Shown here: piece by piece, positions 17,401 through 24,515 of the stretch
Layout: each line of letters begins with the position of its first letter
Position numbering within the stretch: the stretch's first letter is position 1
DNA from: an uncultured Anaerolineae bacterium
GTDB taxonomy: Bacteria > Chloroflexota > Anaerolineae > S140-20
Direction of reading: 5' to 3'
DNA length: 34,898 nt
Assembly: GCA_964607235.1 (NCBI GenBank)
Contig: CAZSJU010000004.1
Location: 1 to 34,898 of the forward strand
The notes under the pieces: generated by a model
The model's input: the letters and a program-made list of their open reading frames with translations, nothing else
What the model was told of the DNA's origin: nothing
Databases searched by the model: none
Program-made: the position numbers and the translations under genes

Positions 17401-17813
17401 GCGCCGGCGACGCCCAAGCTCGTGACCACGGCGACCAGGACACGCCCCGCCGGCAAAAAGAAAGCCAGGGGGCCAAAGGCGGCGGCGTTTTGGGGAGAGA
17501 GGCCGGCCAGTCCGTCCAACCAGTTCAAATGGGCTGCGGCGGTGTCGGGGTCCAGCCAGCAGTGAATCTGTACCCCCAGGCTGCCCAGCCACATCGTCGT
17601 CACACCCGGGTGACCCGTGGCCGGCAATGCACTCAGATCACCCGCTGCCAACGCCTGGCGAAAGTGGATCGAACGTTGCACCCACGCTGGTTCGTCCGGT
17701 GTCACATAGCGGCCGCCGGGCGCCAGGCGTAACAACAGCGCCAGGGCAAAGATCAGCGCCAGGGACAGGTCATACAAGTTTTGCGACTCTATGGCTGTGG
17801 CTTTGTGCTGCAT
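14496..17813 (-). CDS. ArnT/PMT-like (GT39/GT83-type) membrane glycosyltransferase with three C-terminal beta modules
   Basis: 1105 aa from the ATG at 17813, with AGGAG at 17829->17825; the track start at 17825 is a GTG. It has a first-loop DE motif (YVTPDEPAWVQRS), a polytopic N-terminal half and three C-terminal ~120-aa modules. Confidence 0.75.
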   Translation of the reverse strand: MQHKATAIESQNLYDLSLALIFALALLLRLAPGGRYVTPDEPAWVQRSIHFRQALAAGDLSALPATGHPGVTTMWLGSLGVQIHCWLDPDTAAAHLNWLDGLAGLSPQNAAAFGPLAFFLPAGRVLVAVVTSLGVAGAFALSARLWGRKTAWLAALLLALDPFLIGHSGLLHVDGLLATATTLSILTLLLTVRPAQPAPYRWAALSGLLAGLAALTKTPGGLLAPFAGIMLLSAALTRRLTWHQALIALTLWGVTAGLAFLAFYPAMWTAPLSTLRGLLDVGERHVEGALRPIFFHGQDTFTPGAGFYPVVGLLRASPWVLLGWLAGLWRHLRRRSPRRHASGREGKRGQVRTSEDKWALALTGWALGFGLCLTLVGKKHDRYLLPVFPALTLVAALGWQGISEWLGDRGKRLYRFSSALVALFQIGILLPYLFTPLAFFNPLLGGPRTALEWLPVGWGEGSGAAARWLNEQPNAEQLIVASPSIPPLASLFVGQTVPLSTATLSQADYFLHPPQQGTHWPQGEGDATLVYEKRIAGIIYARLYRNPAPLAQAAYLSEHAAREDVVLLDTQAALTRTYNGPATLVSLADARNAAQVAERLHALQTESGHIWYVALSAASPVTMQHLQQALACYGELHEVAFIAGATFYQIIPEASTDPSNCIARLTPSKARFGERLSLVGTVLPSVPLSWPDDLPVVVRWSALAPLSGDYRAVLHLRDATGRTWLEGGQEILDADYRHPSAWRPNEWSDQTFKLSLPPAIPPGQYRVALGAFDPDSGKGLSAWDTVGRFAGLSLDLGHVTIAAPERPPTPGEVDMTQRIDPPRAAGPLRLLGQHPPPAQVPSGDVVSFDLFWQATTAPDTDYALRWQLLVPDAPAGSPIVGQTLPLSPYATGQWRDGELEQVRYDLPIPPDLPAGLYDLRLNVLDADGTPLWADNYVLTRLTVLARDRLFSLPAGIAYPLDLRLGQQVQLRGFDLPNAALKHPGALEVKGGQQIPLTLYWQANGPTDLSYIVFVHLRGPGTRDTIYGQVDRPPANGAAPTHSWAPGQVIIDELALPVLDDAPPGAYHVAVGLYDPLSGARLPVYDAAGNILPNDQILLPIEVNIP
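16741..16780. repeat. four tandem imperfect 10-mers inside the 1105-aa CDS
   Basis: CACTTGTCCT CACTTGTTCT CACTTGCCCT CGCTTGCCCT, exactly head to tail. The period is not a multiple of 3. It encodes ..GREGKRGQVRTSEDK.. in a loop region. Confidence 0.8.
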
Positions 17814-17860
17814 ACAGCGTCTCACTCCTGGGGAAGGCCTGGGTGATTCCAGGCGCGGGG

Positions 17861-17889
17861 ATTATAGGGGCAGGATGGACGATTGTCAA
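17861..17889 (-). promoter_or_regulatory. perfect-consensus sigma70 promoter for the GT-C operon
   Basis: Minus strand TTGACA (17889->17884), 17 nt, TATAAT (17866->17861). It lies ~48 nt upstream of the ATG at 17813. Confidence 0.65.
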
Positions 17890-17918
17890 GCTGCAAAAGG
17901 TGCGGGGGGGAAAAAGGT

Positions 17919-17948
17919 TTGACAATTTGTACAGTGATGTGGTACTCT
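17919..17948 (+). promoter_or_regulatory. possible divergent promoter for ppk
   Basis: TTGACA (17919-17924), 18 nt, TACTCT (17943-17948). The -35 is good and the -10 is poor. Confidence 0.3.
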
Positions 17949-18082
17949 TGTAAGCAGCAAGTGCTTTTTGTGGGGACTCGGAGTTGAAACGTGGTGCGAC
18001 GCCGTTTCGTCTTGATGAGGCCGCTTGCGTTGCGGGTGTAAAAAACGGTCTCTTGGAGGGCCAGTGGGATACGGGAGGAGAC

Positions 18083-20215
18083 ATGACAAAAAAAGATCAA
18101 CCTGAGGTCACTGTATCGAATTTGGATGATACCAGCTTGTTTATCAATCGTGAGCTGAGCTGGATTCAGTTCAATAAACGCGTATTAGAGGAAGCTGAGG
18201 ACAAGAGCCATCCGTTGTTGGAACGGGTCAAGTTTTTGTCCATCTTTCTCAGCAACCTGGACGAGTTTTTCATGATCCGTGTCTCCGGATTGCGTCGACA
18301 GCTTGCGGCGGGTGTCATCAAGACACCGCCCGATGGCATGACCCCGGCTGAGCAGCTTGTAGCGATCCGGCGCGAGTTGACCCCACAATTGGCCGAGCAC
18401 ATGAATTGCTGGCGCAAAGACGTGCTGCCCAAATTGCAACAAGAGGGCATCCAGGTGCTGCGCTATGATGATCTCAAGCGTAAACAGCGCAAGCTGTTGC
18501 GCCGTCACTTTGAAAGAGAGATTTTCCCGGCGCTCACGCCGTTGGCTTTTGATCCCGGCCATCCTTTTCCCCACATCTCTAATCTGAGTCTTAACCTGGC
18601 CGTCGTGGTGCAAGATCCCGATCTGGGCGAGCAGTTCGCCCGGGTCAAGGTGCCCAGTATTTTCCCGCGCCTGCTGCGCATACCCAGCGAGGAAAAGGCC
18701 GAGAGTTACGAGATTTTGGGCCTGGCCGACGTCAGGTCGAGCAATTTTGTGTGGCTTGAAGAGGTCATTGCCGCTAACCTGGAGATGCTATTCCCGGGGC
18801 TGGAGGTCAAGGCCGCTTATCCCTTTCGCATCACCCGTGACGCAGACCAGGAGATTGAGGAGGACGAGGCGGCCGATTTGTTGGACACGATTGAGGCCAG
18901 TGTGCACATGCGTCATTTTGGTATGGTCGTGCGGCTGGAAGTCGATGACGAGATGCCGGAACGCATTCGGGACATCTTGGTCAACAACCTGGGCCTGGCC
19001 CTTTACCAGGTATATACCGTCGATGGCCCGATTGGTATGGCGGACTTGATGGGATTGACCCATATAGACCGGATTGACCTCAAGGATCAGCCATTTCTGC
19101 CGTCGGTCCCCTCGTCGTTGGCTAGCAACGATAATATGTTTGATTTCATCAAGCACCACGATTTTTTACTCTACCATCCTTACGACAGCTTTGTCCCGGT
19201 CGTCGATCTTGTGGAGCAGGCAGCTCACGACCCCGATGTGCTGACTATCAAGCAGACGCTGTATCGTGTGGGGCCTAAATCCCCCATTGTGGCGGCGCTG
19301 ATGAAAGCTCGAGAGAACGGGAAACAGGTAGCGGCGTTGGTGGAACTCAAGGCCCGTTTCGACGAGGAGAACAATATCGTGTGGGCGCGCGCGCTAGAGC
19401 GAGCGGGAGTACACGTGGTTTACGGCTTGTTGGGGCTAAAAACCCACGCCAAGTTGTTGATGGTGGTGCGCCGTGAGGGCGACAGTATCACCCGCTATGT
19501 GCACATGAGCACCGGCAACTATAATGACGTGACGGCGCGCATCTATACCGACATTGGCTTTTTCACTTGTGACCCAGAGATTGGCGCCGACGTATCGGAT
19601 TTATTCAACGCCCTGACCGGTTACTCTCGCAAGCAGAAATACCGCAAGTTGCTGGTGGCGCCTGCTCAGATGCGGGAAGAGCTTTTATCGCGCATCGAGC
19701 GCGAGATTCAGCGCCACAAGGAACATCAAGACGGCCACCTGGCTTTCAAGATGAATGCGTTGGTAGATCCTGCCTGCATTCAGGCGCTCTACCGCGCTTC
19801 GCAAGCTGGGGTAAAGGTGGAACTGCAGGTGCGAGGTATTTGTTGCCTGCGCCCCGGCATCCCTGGCGTCAGTGATAATATCACGGTCACCTCGATCGTG
19901 GGACGTTTCCTGGAACATCCCCGTATCTTTTATTTTCATAACGGCGGGGAGAAAGAGTTGTTGCTGGGCAGCGCCGATCTGATGCCCCGCAATCTTGACC
20001 GGCGTGTGGAGCAACTGTTCCCCATGGAAGACGCTAACCTACTCGAGACGGTGCGCAAGCAAATCTTGGACGTTCACCTCCAAGACAACGTCAAAGCGCG
20101 ACGTTTGTTGCCCAACGGAGAATATAAACGCATAAGCCCTAGCGATGGTGCGGAACCGCTAAATTCTCAAATGTGGATGATCGAACACCGGGGAATGTGG
20201 CATCAAGAAGAGTAG
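18083..20215 (+). CDS. ppk: polyphosphate kinase 1
   Basis: 710 aa from the ATG at 18083, with GGAGGAG at 18074-18080. Hallmark PPK1 N-terminus: FINRELSWIQFNKRVLEEA..HPLLERVKFLSIFLSNLDEFFMIRV. It also has the two PLD-like C-terminal domains (..KTHAKLLMVVR.., ..HPRIFYF..GSADLMPRNLDRRVE). Confidence 0.95.
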   Translation: MTKKDQPEVTVSNLDDTSLFINRELSWIQFNKRVLEEAEDKSHPLLERVKFLSIFLSNLDEFFMIRVSGLRRQLAAGVIKTPPDGMTPAEQLVAIRRELTPQLAEHMNCWRKDVLPKLQQEGIQVLRYDDLKRKQRKLLRRHFEREIFPALTPLAFDPGHPFPHISNLSLNLAVVVQDPDLGEQFARVKVPSIFPRLLRIPSEEKAESYEILGLADVRSSNFVWLEEVIAANLEMLFPGLEVKAAYPFRITRDADQEIEEDEAADLLDTIEASVHMRHFGMVVRLEVDDEMPERIRDILVNNLGLALYQVYTVDGPIGMADLMGLTHIDRIDLKDQPFLPSVPSSLASNDNMFDFIKHHDFLLYHPYDSFVPVVDLVEQAAHDPDVLTIKQTLYRVGPKSPIVAALMKARENGKQVAALVELKARFDEENNIVWARALERAGVHVVYGLLGLKTHAKLLMVVRREGDSITRYVHMSTGNYNDVTARIYTDIGFFTCDPEIGADVSDLFNALTGYSRKQKYRKLLVAPAQMREELLSRIEREIQRHKEHQDGHLAFKMNALVDPACIQALYRASQAGVKVELQVRGICCLRPGIPGVSDNITVTSIVGRFLEHPRIFYFHNGGEKELLLGSADLMPRNLDRRVEQLFPMEDANLLETVRKQILDVHLQDNVKARRLLPNGEYKRISPSDGAEPLNSQMWMIEHRGMWHQEE

Positions 20216-20219
20216 GCCG

Positions 20220-20714
20220 TTACCAGTCCCACGTCCCGGGCTCTCCCTTGAACGGCCCTACAACGTCGCTGGTCACCCACCCGCCATAGAATTTACCCGG
20301 TTGTGGTTTAACCTGTTCGTCATCGACGTAACAGGCATCCATCTTGCCGGGGTAAAATGCGATATAGCCTTCCAGTTCCTCAAACCCCGGCTTGGGCTCA
20401 GCATAGAACCAGGCTGCTTGCGTGATTTTTTTCTCGCCGATGACCAGATCATAGTAGGCCGCACGGCCTTTCCATTCGCACCATGTCGCTTGGTTGGTGA
20501 GCACCAGATAGGCCATTTCGACGTCATCCGGCGGGATATAGTAAACGGGGGGATGGCTTGTCTCTAGCACGCGCTTGGCGCGATCGGTTTCAGCGATGAC
20601 AATGCCGTTAACCACGACTCGAACGTGTTTAGATGAATCTTCCACCCGTGGTGGGCGCGGGTAATCCCATACTGATTCTTGACCAGGACCGGGTGGAATC
20701 GGGTTGGGTTTCAT
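20220..20714 (-). CDS. DUF427 domain protein
   Basis: 164 aa. Motifs: VLETSHPPVYYIPPDDV and ..CEWKGRAAYYDL.., typical of DUF427. It is convergent with ppk, with only 4 nt between the stop codons. Confidence 0.7.
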   Translation of the reverse strand: MKPNPIPPGPGQESVWDYPRPPRVEDSSKHVRVVVNGIVIAETDRAKRVLETSHPPVYYIPPDDVEMAYLVLTNQATWCEWKGRAAYYDLVIGEKKITQAAWFYAEPKPGFEELEGYIAFYPGKMDACYVDDEQVKPQPGKFYGGWVTSDVVGPFKGEPGTWDW

Positions 20715-20831
20715 GTTCTACCTTTCAATTGTGAACGTTTGAATGGAATCGGTCGGCTCGTTGTAAGCTATAATTGGAGGAGACCCCGACAGTGCGTTTG
20801 CCTCCACGGGGATCATCATGATTCATCTGCT

Positions 20832-20859
20832 ATTTTACCCTCTTGTGCCCAAAAGTCAA
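20832..20859 (-). promoter_or_regulatory. sigma70-type promoter for the DUF427 gene
   Basis: Minus strand TTGACT (20859->20854), 16 nt, TAAAAT (20837->20832). It predicts a ~110-nt leader. Confidence 0.5.
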
Positions 20860-20891
20860 TCCATTAACCGGCGTCATGAAAATCAGCGCCC

Positions 20892-23800
20892 TCACGCGTC
20901 GCTGTCATCCAAGGCCAGTTCGATCAGTCGATGATAATCGGACAGGACGCGCCCGGCCATCATCTCCTTTATCGCCATCTGGACGGTATCACCGTGCGCG
21001 ACACGTTGACCGCGTTGCCACCAAGAGACGGCGGCGGCGCCAGCGCCGGCGATGGCTGCCATGTCTTTGGGCCGTGCGCGCAAGGCCAACCAGCCTAACG
21101 CGACGGCTACCCAGGGCCGCAGTGGCATCTCCCACTCTAGTTCATCCCAGGCCTTTTCCAGGTGTTGGATGGCTTGCTCCACGTGGTCGAGGGCCGGGTC
21201 GATCAACCCCAGCTTGCCTTCCACGCGTGCGGGGTGTTCTGTCTCCTGCATAGCATTCTCATAGGCCGTGAGGGCCTTTTCGTACCGGCCGGTTAATGCG
21301 TACACGTCACCCAGACGCTCGTAAGCGTGGGAGCGCTCCTGGCTCAGCGCTGGGTCCTCGTTCGAGATGTCTATTGCAGCCTGATAATAGCCTGACGCTT
21401 CATCCCAGGCCTGGCGGGTGCGGGCTTTGTCGCCGGCCAGGCGATTGTAGCGCACGCCTCGGGTTGGCGCGTCGCTGTGACTATAGTGGTAGGCCAGGGC
21501 CTCCAAGTGTGGATAAGCGTCACCCCGAGCCAGGTAATCGGCGATCACACGGTGCCACTTGCGACGCTGTGCATAAGGCACGCTGCTATAGACCGCGTCT
21601 TTGAGCAATGGGTGCACAAAGGTATATTCGGCGGCCGGCGGCTCTGGCGTGAGCAGGGATTGTTCAGCCAGGACTGTCAGATGTTGCACGAGTTGCGCTT
21701 CATTCAGGGCACTGGCTTGGGTCGCCAGGTGGCGTAGGGACTCCCAGAGGACGGTGTCACCAATGACCGAGGCCAGCTTGGCGACGATGCGCGTCGTTTC
21801 GTCAAGTTGGTCGACCCGGCTAAGCATGATCTCGCGCACGGTAGGGGGCAGGCTGGGCAGTGTTTTGTTCAGAGTCACGCAGCCCGTGGCCGGATCGATG
21901 CTCAATCCATCGGCGCCGGCCAGGGCGTACAGCAATTGTGAGGTAAAGAGCGGATTCCCCTGGCTGCGCTGGTGCAACCAGTTCACCAGCTCGGGCGCGG
22001 CCTCTCTGGCACGGATAAGCTGGGCCGCCAATTTGCCGGTGCTGGCCCAGTTCAGGCCTTCCAGCAGCAGCCTCTCGGCTCCGGTCTCGGCCACCCACTG
22101 TTTCTCGGCTTGACCTAGCCGGGCCGTGCTCAGCAAGAGGATGGGATAACGTGCCGTGGCGTGCGCCAGGGTGATCAGCGCAGCCCAGGAAGCATGATCC
22201 GCCCACTGCAAATCTTCAACGATCAAGAGAATGGGCTTGTCTTGCTGGACAATCTCTTTGAACAGGGTGAGTAACGCCTGGTCGGGGTGGATGCGCTGCC
22301 CCAGGCGCTCCCACAACGAAGGCAGTTCAGTGGCCAGGGAGGGGTCGCGTTCGGTCAGGCGCCGCACCAACGTCAGGTAAAGATCCCGTCCTACAGAAGG
22401 GGGTTGTGCGATCCGTTCCCGCAGGATCGCGTACAAGTCCGGTCGTCCCTCAAGGCGCGGGACGGCGCTGCGCGATGGCAGAGAGGCAAAGGTCTGAGGT
22501 AACCCAAAAAGCTGGCAGAACGCCTCGGCCAATTGCCCCTGGCCCAATTGTTCCAAGACCCGGTGGACGCGGACGTGACGTTCAGTGTCGTCGGCGGCTG
22601 TGTCTAGCTCGAACCAACGCCACAGTGCCTCAATCCAGGGGGTGTAGGGTATAGTCTGAGCGTAGGAAAGGCAGCGACCGGCCAACAGCGTGACATCCCA
22701 ATAGCGCGCGCGTCGGGCCAGCTCGGCGATGAGGCGTGTTTTGCCCATGCCGGTTTCACCAATCAGAAGCACAGTGCCGCCTTGTCGTTTCTCCAACTGG
22801 TTCAATTTATTCTCGAGGATGCTCAGCGGTTCTTCTCGGCCGACCAGCGGGCCGACGGCAGCCTCGATCAGCCAGGCGCTGGCCGGCACGCGCCGCTCTA
22901 CGGCGTACACTGTTACAGGCTTGGCTTTGCCCTTGAGCTGCATCGGCTCTAATGGGCGACACTCAAAGGATTGACGCACGCGATCGTACACCCGGCCGCT
23001 GATAAGGATCTGGTTGGGCTTGGATTTGTTCATCAGCCGCGCGGACAGGTTCACGTCGTCGCCGACGACGACGTATTCTCGACGTTCTTGCCAACCCACT
23101 TGACCGGTATAGATGGGGCCATACGTGATGCCGATGTGATGGACAAGTTGCAGGCCCTCGGCCTGATCCCCGATTTGCTCTTGGAGCACTGTTTGCAGGT
23201 CTTGGTTCAATGCCTGGAGTTTTTCGTTCAGGCGCAGCGCGGCGGCAGTGGCGCGGTGGGGCGTCTCTTCTTGCGCCAGCGGTGCGCCAAAAGGACACAG
23301 CAACGTAAAGCCTTTAGCATAGGGGTCCACGTGCGTGACCAGGCCGCCGCAGCCGGCCAGCGTTTCCTGGGCTTCGATAAAATAACGGTTGACCCAGTAG
23401 GTGAGCCGTGATAGATCTTGGGGCCCCAGCGTCTCTAGCAGCGTCTCAAAACCGCGCAGGTTGACAAACATGACCGCTACAAGGCGGTGCTCGCCGGGAA
23501 ACAGGCGCTCGCGTTGGTGGGCCAGGATGCGTTGCAGCACGTTAGGCGGGAAAAAAGGCGCCAGCCTTTCAATGTCGACCAGTGTCATTTCGGCCGTATC
23601 GAGCAAGGCGTCGGGCTCTCGCTCTAGCACCAACCGTCTGCGGTAACGGCGTTGGGACGATAGCCCGCTCACTTCAAAATCTCCCAGCTCGTCTCCCAGG
23701 TCGTCCACCACCACTTGGTAGCCTTTGGGCAGCGCGGTCAGGCGGAATCGATCATCCAACACTTTTTCCATGCCTGGGGCCAGGACTACCTGGCGCGGGT

Positions 23801-24440
23801 CAGCTTTTGACTCTGCCTGCATCGACTGTTGAATGGGTTCACCGGTGACCAGATATTCCATGCGTTGCGCAGTGCCGATCTGCGCAGCCAGAAAACGGCC
23901 CCGCGCCAGGCCAATGCTCATGCTCAACGGGGTTGGGCCACTGTCAAAAGGCACAATGGCGCGCGCCATGCGCAGTCCGGCGCGGATGGCCCAGACGGCA
24001 TCCTGGGCGTTTGCCATAGCAGGAAAAAAAGCCTGCACAGCGTCGCCGGCAAAGATGAGCAGTTCACCTCGCGAGCAGGAAAGGGGATCAAGCAAGGCCG
24101 TGAACAGATCGTTGATCATGCGGTTAAGGCGCTCGGCGCCCTCTTCGCCCATTTCACGCAAGCGTTCGGTTAGCGGCGTAAAGCCGGTGACGTCCGCGAA
24201 CAAGATGGTGCCCTCTAGCAGCTCGCTTGAGGGCACGCCGGGCGTTGGGTCAGAAAGCACCAGGGAACGAGGCAAATAAGTGACCAGGTTGTGATGCAAG
24301 GAATTGAGGGCATGGACGATCTCTACCAGGTCGTCGAGCGTTGGTTCACAATCCAGGCGTGCAACCAAGCCGGCGGGCAAAAAAGCTCGCAGACGCGAAT
24401 ACAGTTCTTCTAATGTCGCCCGGTGCGTGGTATCGACCAT
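20892..24440 (-). CDS. tandem class III nucleotidyl cyclase domains fused to STAND/AAA_16 ATPase and TPR repeats
   Basis: 1182 aa. CHD1: ILFADVTGFT .. LIFAGDAVQAFF. CHD2: VMFVNLRGFE .. HIGITYGPIYTGQVG..YVVVGDDVNLSARL. P-loop: LLIGETGMGKTRLI. The C-terminus is TPR-like (YERLGDVYALTGRYEKALTAYENA). Confidence 0.85.
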   Translation of the reverse strand: MVDTTHRATLEELYSRLRAFLPAGLVARLDCEPTLDDLVEIVHALNSLHHNLVTYLPRSLVLSDPTPGVPSSELLEGTILFADVTGFTPLTERLREMGEEGAERLNRMINDLFTALLDPLSCSRGELLIFAGDAVQAFFPAMANAQDAVWAIRAGLRMARAIVPFDSGPTPLSMSIGLARGRFLAAQIGTAQRMEYLVTGEPIQQSMQAESKADPRQVVLAPGMEKVLDDRFRLTALPKGYQVVVDDLGDELGDFEVSGLSSQRRYRRRLVLEREPDALLDTAEMTLVDIERLAPFFPPNVLQRILAHQRERLFPGEHRLVAVMFVNLRGFETLLETLGPQDLSRLTYWVNRYFIEAQETLAGCGGLVTHVDPYAKGFTLLCPFGAPLAQEETPHRATAAALRLNEKLQALNQDLQTVLQEQIGDQAEGLQLVHHIGITYGPIYTGQVGWQERREYVVVGDDVNLSARLMNKSKPNQILISGRVYDRVRQSFECRPLEPMQLKGKAKPVTVYAVERRVPASAWLIEAAVGPLVGREEPLSILENKLNQLEKRQGGTVLLIGETGMGKTRLIAELARRARYWDVTLLAGRCLSYAQTIPYTPWIEALWRWFELDTAADDTERHVRVHRVLEQLGQGQLAEAFCQLFGLPQTFASLPSRSAVPRLEGRPDLYAILRERIAQPPSVGRDLYLTLVRRLTERDPSLATELPSLWERLGQRIHPDQALLTLFKEIVQQDKPILLIVEDLQWADHASWAALITLAHATARYPILLLSTARLGQAEKQWVAETGAERLLLEGLNWASTGKLAAQLIRAREAAPELVNWLHQRSQGNPLFTSQLLYALAGADGLSIDPATGCVTLNKTLPSLPPTVREIMLSRVDQLDETTRIVAKLASVIGDTVLWESLRHLATQASALNEAQLVQHLTVLAEQSLLTPEPPAAEYTFVHPLLKDAVYSSVPYAQRRKWHRVIADYLARGDAYPHLEALAYHYSHSDAPTRGVRYNRLAGDKARTRQAWDEASGYYQAAIDISNEDPALSQERSHAYERLGDVYALTGRYEKALTAYENAMQETEHPARVEGKLGLIDPALDHVEQAIQHLEKAWDELEWEMPLRPWVAVALGWLALRARPKDMAAIAGAGAAAVSWWQRGQRVAHGDTVQMAIKEMMAGRVLSDYHRLIELALDDSDA

Positions 24441-24446
24441 ACCCCT

Positions 24447-24475
24447 AGTATACTGACAAGATCACAAAAGTAAAG
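24447..24475 (-). promoter_or_regulatory. possible promoter giving a leaderless cyclase mRNA
   Basis: On the minus strand, TATACT (24452->24447) ends 6 nt before the ATG at 24440. The -35 is weak: TTTACT with a 16-nt spacer, or CTTTAC with 17 nt. Confidence 0.3.
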
Positions 24476-24515
24476 CGGGCCTTTTTTCCTATTACGTTGG
24501 CGCCCTGACTAGACT

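Noticed and set aside
20775-20811. Possible H-type pseudoknot (CCCCG/CGGGG interleaved with UGGAGG/CCUCCA) in the DUF427 leader, considered as a small riboswitch
   Set aside because: The helices are only 5-6 bp and loop 1 would be 0 nt, which is sterically unlikely. I cannot match it to any known pseudoknot riboswitch consensus. It is worth an Infernal scan but is not reportable as a feature.
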